64,000 nucleotides of DNA, taken from positions 14,786 to 78,785 of the forward strand of contig JAHJYC010000002.1 in assembly GCA_018826905.1 (NCBI GenBank), in the 5' to 3' direction. The translations under genes and the position numbers were made by a program. Under the pieces are notes generated by a model. The model did not search any database. It was not told where the DNA came from and saw nothing but the letters and a program-made list of their open reading frames with translations. Source of the stretch: Patescibacteria group bacterium (GTDB taxonomy: Bacteria > Patescibacteriota > Minisyncoccia > Phycocordibacterales > Phycocordibacteraceae). Shown piece by piece: positions 18,915-27,953 of this stretch (positions are counted from its first letter, which is position 1; every line of letters begins with the position of its first letter).

Positions 18915-18947
18915 CAGTCGACCGCTCTACCGCTGAGCTACCGCGGA
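18876..18947 (-). tRNA. tRNA-Asn (GTT), CCA not encoded
   Basis: Cloverleaf tccgcgg...ctGTTaa...gttcgaat...ccgcgga-g. Confidence 0.97.
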
Positions 18948-19059
18948 ATGCACTCGTATGTCGGAGGACATACGAACTAGGCCATTCTAGCCGAAATCCA
19001 CCATTCAGCAACCTGGGGTCTTGGTATACTGAGTGTATACAAGCTAACTGCACCCTCTT

Positions 19060-19302
19060 ATGCCAATACTCTATGTTAAAAACGGATGCGCATTCTGCGC
19101 CCGAGTACTCCAAACCGTTGAGGAAATGGGCCTCTCATTGGATATACGTAATATTGCAGATCCTGGCATTGCAGAGGAGCTGGTAGCACACGGCGGAAAA
19201 CGGCAGGTCCCTTATCTGATTGATGAAGAGCACAACACCGCCCTGTACGAATCAGACGATATTATTGAGTACCTTCACCGAACCTTTACTGCAAATACGT
19301 AG
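19060..19302 (+). CDS. Glutaredoxin / GST-N-like protein
   Basis: CAFC, QVPYL and YESDDII motifs. Confidence 0.88.
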   Translation: MPILYVKNGCAFCARVLQTVEEMGLSLDIRNIADPGIAEELVAHGGKRQVPYLIDEEHNTALYESDDIIEYLHRTFTANT

Positions 19303-19349
19303 AATAAGGAAACAGCAAGACTTACTCGCCTAAGCGCACCCCCTACAAT

Positions 19350-19709
19350 ATGGAGATACATTTCAAAGGCACCAATTATGAACTCCCCGCATCAGTAAGT
19401 AAGTATGCGCAACGAAAGATAGGATCCCTTAAAAAGTATGTGAAGAAAAGCGAAGAAGTAGTTCAGGTGTATGTAGAGTTGGAGAAAGAAGCACACACCT
19501 CAGGACCAACCTGGCGCGCTGAAATCAACTTTGATCTAGACGGAGCTCTCTTCCGTGCTGAGGCACTTGAAGAGAGTATTGAGAAGGCAATAGATACAAC
19601 AGTACAAGAACTCTCAACAACACTGAGAAGATCACAAAAGAAGAAGCAAGACCTCGCTCGGCAAGGAGGAGCGACAATAAAATCCTTGCTACGTGGGTTT
19701 GGCTCTTAG
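19350..19709 (+). CDS. raiA: Ribosome hibernation factor (HPF/RaiA)
   Basis: S30AE-like pattern: KGTNYEL...AEIN...RAEA...AID. Confidence 0.8.
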   Translation: MEIHFKGTNYELPASVSKYAQRKIGSLKKYVKKSEEVVQVYVELEKEAHTSGPTWRAEINFDLDGALFRAEALEESIEKAIDTTVQELSTTLRRSQKKKQDLARQGGATIKSLLRGFGS

Positions 19710-20566
19710 TTCGGTATCCAGCCTGTGTGTAAGAGATCCTGATACGCCATCTCCTTCTTGCCCTCAGGAACAACACGCACTGGAGTAAAGACATTGTTCT
19801 CAAAGACAGCAGACAACAGCTTCACACGAAGCTGTTTGTCTTCTTTGGACATAAAGAAATGAGTGCCGGGAGACTCGGCGAAGGCACGGTATATATTCCA
19901 GTTCTGCTTGGGATCTCCTAAGAGAGAAAGTCTTCCGTCTTCTTTGCGAAGCTTTCCTGAGAATGTTGCGAGTGTCTCGTCCTGTACTGTGCCAACTAAA
20001 GATCCAGATTCAAAATCAGGAAGAAGAGATACAAGCAGACGAGCGCCGATGATAACAAGACGTGCACGTAGTTCCTTTGTTGTCTCTGTGGGAAGAATAG
20101 CTACTTTCTCAGTGCCAAGTACTTCTCCAGCATCCAGCTTTAGTACCATCTTCTGTACAGATACTCCGGTCTCTGTTTCTCCGTTCAGGAGTGCCGTTTC
20201 AACTGGAGATGCTCCTCTGTACGCAGGAAGAAGGGAATAGTGCACGTTAAGAACGCCCTGAGGAAAGGAGTCTATGAGTGGTTGTGTGAGTAGCTTTCCG
20301 TAGGCAACAACTATTGCGTATTCAGCACCATACTTTGAAATCTCTTCCCGTACGGAAGCAGTGAGCTTCTCTGGTGTTAAAACAGGAAGCCCGCGTTCAG
20401 ATGCCCATACGTTTGTCTCAGAAGGAGTGAGGGTGAGTCCGCGTCCCTTTGGCGCGTCTGGGGAGGTAACCACGAGAGAGGGAACATACCCCGCCTCAAC
20501 AAGCAGTGCGAGAGTGTCTCTTGCAACAGCTGGAGTCCCAAAGAATACAAATGATTTATGTGTCAT
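19706..20566 (-). CDS. fmt: Methionyl-tRNA formyltransferase
   Basis: FFGTP, VVAYG, NVHYSLLPAYRGASP and LDAG motifs. Confidence 0.95.
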   Translation of the reverse strand: MTHKSFVFFGTPAVARDTLALLVEAGYVPSLVVTSPDAPKGRGLTLTPSETNVWASERGLPVLTPEKLTASVREEISKYGAEYAIVVAYGKLLTQPLIDSFPQGVLNVHYSLLPAYRGASPVETALLNGETETGVSVQKMVLKLDAGEVLGTEKVAILPTETTKELRARLVIIGARLLVSLLPDFESGSLVGTVQDETLATFSGKLRKEDGRLSLLGDPKQNWNIYRAFAESPGTHFFMSKEDKQLRVKLLSAVFENNVFTPVRVVPEGKKEMAYQDLLHTGWIPN

Positions 20567-21083
20567 TGTCTTTCGTGCGGTCTATTTCAATAAGATCAGT
20601 AGCATGATCAATGAAAAGAATACCGTCTAGGTGATCATTCTCATGCTGGAATATCTGCGCAAGTATCCCGCCCCCGCCACGCTCAAAAGAAGTGCCGTTC
20701 TCTGTGCGAGCACGCACAGTAGCGCGCTCATGCCTGCGTGTCTTCCCGTATATCTTACGCACAGATAAGCACCCCTCATCCATCTCAATACGTCGTTGAG
20801 AGGTACGCACAAATTCAGGATTTATATACACACCGACATCGGGAGGAAGTTCAGGATCGTCCTCAGAATCTCTCGGAACAATACGGTCGTACCGCACGAT
20901 AAATATGCGATAGGAGATACCTATCTGTGGTGCAGCCAACGCCACACCATCCGGCTGAACGTCCAGTGCGTCCTCCATTGATTGGAGTATCTTCTTTAAC
21001 TCAGGTGTACCAAAAAGCTCCTCAGGAAGCAGGGGGGCTACTTGTCTGAGTACCGGGTCTCCGTTCTGAACGATTGAGCTCAT
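20556..21083 (-). CDS. def: Peptide deformylase
   Basis: GVALAAPQIG, EGCLS and QHENDHLDG motifs. Confidence 0.96.
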   Translation of the reverse strand: MSSIVQNGDPVLRQVAPLLPEELFGTPELKKILQSMEDALDVQPDGVALAAPQIGISYRIFIVRYDRIVPRDSEDDPELPPDVGVYINPEFVRTSQRRIEMDEGCLSVRKIYGKTRRHERATVRARTENGTSFERGGGGILAQIFQHENDHLDGILFIDHATDLIEIDRTKDNDT

Positions 21084-21097
21084 ATGTGGACTATAGC

Positions 21098-21324
21098 AAA
21101 AAAGAAAAAACCGACCACGCCGTGATCGGTAGAAAGGGCAGGGGGTGCCGCTGAAGGGACCATTGTCTCTATTCCTGTCCGGGTTGCCGAACGCAGAACG
21201 AGGGCGACTATCGCAGTCAGCGGCACTATGTGCTGGTGGGAGGAAGCTTCACCCGCACATCCTCGGGAGTGTGAAACCAGAGGATTCCCCAACACCGGAT
21301 GAGGCTGAGCACCCGATGTCCCTT
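21098..21324 (-). ncRNA. Candidate structured non-coding RNA (family unknown)
   Basis: TTGACC-17-TACAAG promoter, several helices with G-U pairs on the minus strand, intrinsic terminator with U tract. Confidence 0.55.
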
Positions 21325-21331
21325 ACTTGTA

Positions 21332-23128
21332 TCACTGCAGGGAATCTGGGTCAATAAGGACACGAAAAGAGGGGGGAAGTCCAGAGAGCTTTCTTGAAAG
21401 GGCCTGATCTGGCCACGCACCCTCAGGAAGCTGCAGTACCCATGTACGGCTTGTCTGAGTGCCTGTTTGCTTCTCAGGAAGTGCGTAGACACTGTATGGC
21501 TCTGCCATTTTTGTAATGGAAGAAGCTGCAGCCTCCATATGTTGTGCGTTCCCAACAGTTGCAATGGTAATAAGAGCTCCATGGGGAGGGTATTCAAGAG
21601 CCTTGCGAAGACTTCGCTCCTCTTCAAAGAAAGTTTCTTCTTCAGGATGCTCAGCTCCCACGAGCGCACTCTCATCCATACGTCTTGTTGCAACGATGGT
21701 ATGTATTGCGCGCTCCCGGAGCGTAAGTAACAAACGAAGGAATCGTTCCCGACTCCTCCAAAAAGGAAGTGCAAGCAAGCTGTCTGCTGAGGCAACAACC
21801 GCCAAGGCAAGAGGCATGCTTGTTGAAAGCCACGGAAGTATAAATTCTGTGCCAACAATAATCCCTCCAGATTCTTCAAACAACGCGAGTGTCTTTCGTG
21901 CCATTGCAGGAGTGCGAATGGTATCGGTATCAAAACGAATCAGCTGAGTCTTTGGAAACAGCACAGCGAGTTCTTCCATAACGCGCTCAACACCAATTCC
22001 AAGAGGAAGCAGGTTCCAACTCTCACAGACATCGCATACTGCATCTGCTTCCTTTATAGTGTTCCCATCAGCTGAACGCAGTACACGCTCTCCTTTATAG
22101 GTTGCAAGCGCGAGAGCTCGTCCTTGAGCATCTCTCACACTAGCGCCGCAGGTTCTGCAGACAACTGCAGGAGCATACCCCTTACGTGCAGACAGGACAG
22201 CAACACGCCCTCCTTTTTCCAGTGCTTCTTTTATGGATTCAAAAAGAGGATCGGGGATAGCCTTGAACGTTGCTCCTTGTTTCTCTTCTTCTGCCTTCAC
22301 ATCAACAATTGAAAGTGTGCCCAGTCCTTCGTCTGAAAGCGGTTGCAGAGAACGAAACTCTAGAGGAAGAGGGAAGTCTCCATATGTAAGAGGAATGTTT
22401 CTTGCTTCTGTAACATACTGCGCAGCAACAACAGCATGTACGTAGGGACGCTTTGGAAAACGATATGCACCTGCGCTTACGCGGTCTAGGATCACTCTCT
22501 GAAGTGCAGGGATTGGTGTTGCAATGTATGCAGGGGTAGCGAGTACTAGCGAAGGAGACGCGAGCGCCTTTCTTAGTGCGTGCGCACGAGTTGCAGATGC
22601 TTTCGCTCCTGACAGCACGACAGGCTTAAAAGAACTGAGACTCTCTTTCATACGAGCAAGTTCTGCAAGAGTTGGAACAATTATGAGAGTGGTACCAGAG
22701 GTCTCCTGGATCAATTCTCTATATCTCTCTATACGAGTCTCGTACGGAGCCTCAACAAGAACTATTTCATGGCCTGCTCCTTCTTGTAGTTGTTCAGGAA
22801 TCTCCTCCGCTATAAGTGCTCCAAGCAACTGCATATATACAGCTCCAAGAGGGGCAGCGTGATAGAGGGCAGTTGCTTCAATGCCCTTCCGAAGCGCTTC
22901 GGGGAGCATCCCTGCAACTTCAATATTTCCTGAAAGAGAGAAGTCTGCGCGCTTAATAAGTGCTTTCGCATCACGAACTGAATTGCATGCAACAACAAGT
23001 CCTCGGACCCGCTTCTTCCTAAGCGGGACAGTAACAAGCGTCCCCGGAGTAAGAGAGTCAGTACTCCTATAGGAAAGAGCTCCAGCAGGTGCTCCAGGCG
23101 CAAACGGAATAACGTCTATGACGTACAT
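21332..23128 (-). CDS. priA: Primosomal protein N'-like (degenerate PriA)
   Basis: N-terminal 3'-binding domain pattern; RKGYAPAVVCRTCG, GIGVERVMEEL and YPP motifs. Confidence 0.8.
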   Translation of the reverse strand: MYVIDVIPFAPGAPAGALSYRSTDSLTPGTLVTVPLRKKRVRGLVVACNSVRDAKALIKRADFSLSGNIEVAGMLPEALRKGIEATALYHAAPLGAVYMQLLGALIAEEIPEQLQEGAGHEIVLVEAPYETRIERYRELIQETSGTTLIIVPTLAELARMKESLSSFKPVVLSGAKASATRAHALRKALASPSLVLATPAYIATPIPALQRVILDRVSAGAYRFPKRPYVHAVVAAQYVTEARNIPLTYGDFPLPLEFRSLQPLSDEGLGTLSIVDVKAEEEKQGATFKAIPDPLFESIKEALEKGGRVAVLSARKGYAPAVVCRTCGASVRDAQGRALALATYKGERVLRSADGNTIKEADAVCDVCESWNLLPLGIGVERVMEELAVLFPKTQLIRFDTDTIRTPAMARKTLALFEESGGIIVGTEFILPWLSTSMPLALAVVASADSLLALPFWRSRERFLRLLLTLRERAIHTIVATRRMDESALVGAEHPEEETFFEEERSLRKALEYPPHGALITIATVGNAQHMEAAASSITKMAEPYSVYALPEKQTGTQTSRTWVLQLPEGAWPDQALSRKLSGLPPSFRVLIDPDSLQ

Positions 23129-23160
23129 AGCTCTACTGTACACCCCAAAGGAGTGAAGCC

Positions 23161-24471
23161 TTAAATGGACTCAATATGCGCACCAATGGCCTTCAGGCGG
23201 GGAACCAAGTCCTCATATCCACGATGGATGTTGTATACGTTGCGGAGTGTTGAGCGTCCTTCGGCGCCAAGCATACCAATAAGAAGAATGGTGGCGGGGC
23301 GAAGTGCTGGAGGCGCTACAATCTCAGCGCCCTTCAAGCGGTGTATTCCTGAGATCTGAATACGGTGCGGGTCTAGAAGCAGGGTGTCTGCACCCAAGCG
23401 ATCAAGCTCAGTGTAATAAATGGCACGCTTCTCATACACCCAGTCGTGGATAAGCGTGTCTCCTTCTGCTTGTGTAGCAATAACTGCAAAGAAAGGAAGA
23501 TTGTCTATATTAAGACCAGGATAGGGGCGTGCATGAATCTTCTCTGGGAACGCAACGAGGTCAGACGGTTCAATCTGAATGTCTGCGAGTTTGGTGATGC
23601 CATTCTCTGAAATGCCTGCATCAGTAATAGTGAAGGAAAGTCCCATCTTCTCAAGCACAGCAAGTTCAACTTCAAGGAACTCAATAGGGGCGTTTCGTAT
23701 AAGAAGTGAAGAACGTGTCGTTATCGCTGCAGCGATAAAGAACATTGAATCAATAGGATCTTCTCCAACAGAGTAGGTAACGTCTGTACTGATATCCTTT
23801 TTCCCTGTGATAGTGAGGGTGGTTGTTCCGATACCCTCAATTGAAATTCCCAGTGCTTGTAGGAATCCACAGACTTCCTGTACTTGGTAGTTGGCTGAGG
23901 CGTAGCGAATAACGCTGGTGCCCTCAATTCCTGCCGCTGCAAAAAGAGAGTTGATGGTTGCGGTGTCGCTAGACTCATACAGCACTACTTCAGCAGGAGA
24001 GAGGTCATCGTGTGAGATCTGGAAACGGTCAGTGAGTGTCTCAATTGCAACACCAAACTTCTCAAGTGCCCAAAGGTGAGGACGTACAGAGCGCTGGCCC
24101 AACGTACAGCCTCCCGACTGCGGAAGTTCAAAGGAAGGGAACTGGTGCAGTAGGGGGCCAATGAACATGAGGATGCTGCGGGTGCGGACTGCAGCGGCAC
24201 TATCAATAGTATCCAAAGAAAGTGTCTCTGGGGTCTTGATACTCAGATCCTTCTCTTGCCACTCAATAGAAACACCAATAGAACGAAGGACTTCAATGAG
24301 GCGGTGTACCTCCTCAATGCGAGGAACACGGCGAAGTGTTGTCGTCCCTTTATTTAGGAGGGAGGCAGCGAGTAATGCAACAGCGCCATTTTTAGAACAA
24401 TTAGTAACAACAGTGCCTGAGAGGGTGTGTCCGCCGTCTACGACGAAGCTGCTTTCTTCGGTCTTGGTCAT
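23161..24471 (-). CDS. murA: UDP-N-acetylglucosamine 1-carboxyvinyltransferase
   Basis: SKN, GGCTLGQR, PYPG and RGYE motifs. Confidence 0.93.
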   Translation of the reverse strand: MTKTEESSFVVDGGHTLSGTVVTNCSKNGAVALLAASLLNKGTTTLRRVPRIEEVHRLIEVLRSIGVSIEWQEKDLSIKTPETLSLDTIDSAAAVRTRSILMFIGPLLHQFPSFELPQSGGCTLGQRSVRPHLWALEKFGVAIETLTDRFQISHDDLSPAEVVLYESSDTATINSLFAAAGIEGTSVIRYASANYQVQEVCGFLQALGISIEGIGTTTLTITGKKDISTDVTYSVGEDPIDSMFFIAAAITTRSSLLIRNAPIEFLEVELAVLEKMGLSFTITDAGISENGITKLADIQIEPSDLVAFPEKIHARPYPGLNIDNLPFFAVIATQAEGDTLIHDWVYEKRAIYYTELDRLGADTLLLDPHRIQISGIHRLKGAEIVAPPALRPATILLIGMLGAEGRSTLRNVYNIHRGYEDLVPRLKAIGAHIESI

Positions 24472-24550
24472 GGGGCGTATTCTATACTGCTTCGTTTGGT
24501 TTTCCTACGTTTTGCGCGTACCCGTGGGGACGGGGTATAGTACCTCTTAC

Positions 24551-25561
24551 ATGTCTCTTTTCTCGCCCCGCATCGGTATTGATCTTGGCACTACGAATGT
24601 CCTCGTCTTCGTTCCTGGAAAAGGAGTAGTTCTAAATGAGCCATCAGTTGTTGCAGTCTCTACTGAAAACAATAAAGTGCTGGCGATTGGTACTGAAGCG
24701 AAAGCAATGGTGGGGAGGACCCCCGACTCAATCAAGGCGTATCGCCCTATGAAGGATGGAGTTATTGCAGACTATCGTGTGACTGAAGCAATGCTCCGCT
24801 ACTTCATTAAAAAGGCTCTTGGAAAGAATATTTTTAAGCCAACAGTTCTTATCTCTGTTCCTGCAGGAGTTACGTCAACAGAGAAGCGCGCAGTTATTGA
24901 AGCGGCAGTAAAGGCTGGAGCCGCTGATGCGTATGTAGTTAAGGAACCTATTCTTGCTGCTATTGGTGCAGGGATTCCTATCCAAGAAGCACTCGGAAGA
25001 ATGGTTGCAGACATTGGAGGAGGCACCATTGACGTGGCGGTGATTTCTTTGGGAGGCATTGTTGCGTCTACTTCTGTAAAAGTAGCAGGCAACAAACTAG
25101 ATCGCGCCGTTATTGATTACGTGAAGAAGCAGTACAACCTGGCTATTGGAGACAAAACTGCAGAGGAGATAAAGATTCAAATTGGGTCTGCGGTCCCTGT
25201 AACGGAGGAGATGACCATGTCTATTAAAGGACGAGATCTTGTTTCAGGCCTTCCTCGCACAGTTGAGTTGCGTACAAACGAAGTTGTGCAAGCAATGAAC
25301 AGAGAACTCAGAGAGATGATGAATGCCGTACGAAAGGTATTGCAGGATACTCCTCCAGAGCTTGCCTCAGATATTATTGATAATGGCATTATGCTAACGG
25401 GAGGCACCTCTCAACTCCGCAATCTTCCTGAACTGGTGTATCGCCGTACAGGAGTAGAAGCGAAGCTCGCTCAAGATGCCTATTATTGTGTTGTGCGCGG
25501 CACAGGTGTGGCACTCAAACATTTAGATACGTATAAGAAGAGCATTATTTCTAAGAAGTAA
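24551..25561 (+). CDS. mreB: Rod shape-determining actin MreB/Mbl (stand-alone copy)
   Basis: IGIDLGT, EPSVVA, DIGGGT and LTGG motifs. Confidence 0.95.
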   Translation: MSLFSPRIGIDLGTTNVLVFVPGKGVVLNEPSVVAVSTENNKVLAIGTEAKAMVGRTPDSIKAYRPMKDGVIADYRVTEAMLRYFIKKALGKNIFKPTVLISVPAGVTSTEKRAVIEAAVKAGAADAYVVKEPILAAIGAGIPIQEALGRMVADIGGGTIDVAVISLGGIVASTSVKVAGNKLDRAVIDYVKKQYNLAIGDKTAEEIKIQIGSAVPVTEEMTMSIKGRDLVSGLPRTVELRTNEVVQAMNRELREMMNAVRKVLQDTPPELASDIIDNGIMLTGGTSQLRNLPELVYRRTGVEAKLAQDAYYCVVRGTGVALKHLDTYKKSIISKK

Positions 25562-25563
25562 TT

Positions 25564-25600
25564 AAAAAGGCCCCACGCATCGCTGCGGGGGCCTTTCTTG
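25564..25600. terminator. Terminator hairpin; left member of a repeat pair flanking cassette D
   Basis: aaaaaggcccc...gggggcctttcttg. Confidence 0.75.
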
Positions 25601-25615
25601 GTTTCGGATTTGCGA

Positions 25616-26047
25616 TCAGTTGGTCGCGATGCCGTAGTAGGTGGCGACCTGGCTGGGCTCCAGAACGGTGAAGCCCTGCGGACCCAGTTCCTCGCGCAGA
25701 CAGGTCAGGTAGATCTGGCTGCGATAGGAGTAGACCTGGTGCACGCGTTCCGCGCACAGACGCTCGGCGAACAGAATGCGATCGTCGCTGGTGAACGGCT
25801 GTTGTTCGCAGCCGGCGACGCCGTGTTCGTACGCGCACGTAACGTTGTCCATGGCCCGCTGCCGTTCGGCGATGCGCTGCTCGGCCAGATTGGTGCGCAC
25901 GAAGCGAACCGGCGGCGGAGAAAACTCCTGGCCGGTCGGCTCGTGCACGAACTGGATATTGGCCGGCGGACGATCCTGGGCGCAGGCGACGCTCGCGATG
26001 CCGATTGCGGAACCGAAAACAAGAATGGAAAGGACACTGGTGCGCAT
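25616..26047 (-). CDS. GC-rich secreted orphan protein (cassette D)
   Basis: Signal peptide; four Cys in the mature part; GAGGAG SD; TTGACA-18-TATAAT promoter (26083-26112). Confidence 0.7.
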   Translation of the reverse strand: MRTSVLSILVFGSAIGIASVACAQDRPPANIQFVHEPTGQEFSPPPVRFVRTNLAEQRIAERQRAMDNVTCAYEHGVAGCEQQPFTSDDRILFAERLCAERVHQVYSYRSQIYLTCLREELGPQGFTVLEPSQVATYYGIATN

Positions 26048-26115
26048 TGGAATTCTCCTCTGAAGGCGCGGACGATATCAATATTATACTACAATAGTGG
26101 CATCAGTGTCAAAGC

Positions 26116-26147
26116 AAAAAGGACCCGCATGTAGCGGGCCTTTCTTG
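26116..26147. terminator. Terminator hairpin; right member of the repeat pair
   Basis: aaaaaggacccgc...gcgggcctttcttg. Confidence 0.7.
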
Positions 26148-26162
26148 CTGTAAGCAATTCCT

Positions 26163-26624
26163 TTAGTTAATTCTCCTAAACTCCAACACACCATTTCCTG
26201 AGAGATAGATCATGCTGAGTTCAGTCTCTGAAAGATTCGTAATAGCAAAGTAGAGTGCTTCTTCTGGGAACTGAATCCTCAGCACCTGAGCATCTTGTAT
26301 TACTGGAAGTCCTGCAGGAGCTTGGCTCATATCAGTGACGAGACTCCACTCTCCGGTAACGGTTGCATTTTCAATTCCTTCGTAGCTATCTGTAACGGTA
26401 CCGTTAGCATTAAATGCACGGACGAAGTTTGCATCCTCTGTACTCTCCCACGTGCCTACAAGTGCCGCGTTAATCTCAGCATCTGATTGGGCCACATCAT
26501 TCACGCTCTCTTGCGGGATAAGTCCTTGTTCATTTTGGATTGGTGCCATCATTGCCCAGTACCACCAGCCCACGACGAGAAGTGCGAGTACGACAACTAT
26601 TCCTGTTACTACCTTTGTATTCAT
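26163..26624 (-). CDS. Membrane-anchored lipocalin-like beta-barrel protein
   Basis: N-terminal TM; LVGTWES...F.ANGT...GEWS pattern. Confidence 0.65.
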   Translation of the reverse strand: MNTKVVTGIVVVLALLVVGWWYWAMMAPIQNEQGLIPQESVNDVAQSDAEINAALVGTWESTEDANFVRAFNANGTVTDSYEGIENATVTGEWSLVTDMSQAPAGLPVIQDAQVLRIQFPEEALYFAITNLSETELSMIYLSGNGVLEFRRIN

Positions 26625-26681
26625 AGATATGAGTGCGTTACCTCCTATACAGATAGTCTAGCACCAGGGTATCCTAATGAA

Positions 26682-27383
26682 ATGACCCACCATGCATATG
26701 TCTATGCAGGCCCAAAAGAAGAGGGAATAGAAGCCTCGTACGTCTTTTGCGAGCGAGAGCTTGGACTCACGCGTAGCGCTGGCTCAGATATAACTCTCTT
26801 TGATCACGAGCTTCTCTCCGTTGAAGAAGCGAGACGTATTGGCACCTTTGCTGCCCAGGCCCCTGTTCAAGGAGACAAGAAGGCAATTATTATTGCAGCA
26901 GGAAGACTTTTTCATGAGGCGCAGAATTCATTCTTGAAACTTTTTGAGGAGCCTCCTCAGGGAACAACTCTCATACTAGTTGTTCCTGCGTACGGAATGC
27001 TGGTGCCAACACTCCGTTCTCGCCTGATGCGCCTTGAAGGGGAGGTCGCCGTAGAGGCTGGGGTATCAGTTTTAGTAAATGAGTTTCTGAACGCCAGTAA
27101 GACTGAGAGAGAAAAGATCGTAACTCGCATTGTGAACGCAGCTAAGTCTGAGAAGGATACAGATAAGCAACGTGCACGACTTGAGGCAATTGCACTTGTG
27201 CATGGACTCACCACTTTCTTTTACGAAGCCCAGAAAAATCTCCAAGGAAAGGAAAAGGAAGACATCCAGATCCTTCTACAGGAGCTTGATACCTTTATGC
27301 CAATTCTGCATGAGCGTTCTCCCGCTCTTAAACTTATCTTTGAGCACCTCCTACTTGTTTTGCCGGAGAAAGTAGGGAAGTGA
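26682..27383 (+). CDS. holB: DNA polymerase III delta' subunit-like (short)
   Basis: HHAY, EAQNSFLKLFEEPP and PTLRSR motifs. Confidence 0.82.
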   Translation: MTHHAYVYAGPKEEGIEASYVFCERELGLTRSAGSDITLFDHELLSVEEARRIGTFAAQAPVQGDKKAIIIAAGRLFHEAQNSFLKLFEEPPQGTTLILVVPAYGMLVPTLRSRLMRLEGEVAVEAGVSVLVNEFLNASKTEREKIVTRIVNAAKSEKDTDKQRARLEAIALVHGLTTFFYEAQKNLQGKEKEDIQILLQELDTFMPILHERSPALKLIFEHLLLVLPEKVGK

Positions 27384-27398
27384 TACACTGATGACTAT

Positions 27399-27953
27399 AT
27401 GGCATCATTTGATTTTTCTAAGTTAGACGCAAGCATTAAAGAGACTGAAGAGTGGCTCGTCCGCGAGCTTTCTAGCGTACGCACTGGGCGCGCAACCCCT
27501 TCTATTTTAGACACCGTAAAGCCAGAGGTGTATGGCTCTCGCCAAGCAGTGCACCAAGTTGCATCAGTCACTATTGAGGACGCACGTTCGTTGCGTATTG
27601 TGCCGTGGGACAAAACTCTCACAAAGAGCATTGAAAAGGCAATTACCGATGCTGATCTTGGAGTAGGTCTTGCGACAGATGACCAGGGACTTCGCGTTAC
27701 GTTCCCGGAACTTACGAGCGAGCGTCGCACCATGCTTCTTAAGGTTGCAGGGGAAAAGGTAGAGCAGGCCCGCATTACGCTTCGTGGACATCGCACGGAT
27801 GCAATTAAGGCAATTGATGCTGCTGAAAAAGAAGGTGGTATGGGTAAGGACGACGTTACTCGGTTCAAAGAGGAAGTACAGAAGAAAATAGACAAAGCAA
27901 ACGAGGCGCTAGATGCGCTCGGAAAGCGCAAGGAAGCTGAAGTCTCACAATAA
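27399..27953 (+). CDS. frr: Ribosome recycling factor
   Basis: RTGRA and PELTSERR motifs. Confidence 0.96.
   Translation: MASFDFSKLDASIKETEEWLVRELSSVRTGRATPSILDTVKPEVYGSRQAVHQVASVTIEDARSLRIVPWDKTLTKSIEKAITDADLGVGLATDDQGLRVTFPELTSERRTMLLKVAGEKVEQARITLRGHRTDAIKAIDAAEKEGGMGKDDVTRFKEEVQKKIDKANEALDALGKRKEAEVSQ

Noticed and set aside
21190-21256. RNase P-like words on the + strand (gcagaac...ggcgactat and gaggaagcttcaccc), suggesting a permuted RNase P RNA
   Set aside because: The order is reversed, P4 pairing is poor, and promoter, terminator and G-U evidence point to the minus strand.
21080-21295. 71-aa ORF across the priA-def gap
   Set aside because: It has a TTG start without signals and runs through a terminator U tract; structured RNA explains the region better.
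24161-24550. N-terminal extension of mreB in the ORF track (likewise for holB, proS, pbp2 and ctpA)
   Set aside because: The extensions overlap neighbouring genes; homology and -10 boxes indicate the downstream ATGs.
25551-26134. Several overlapping ORFs around cassette D
   Set aside because: They result from high GC; only 25616-26047 has an SD, promoter and signal peptide.
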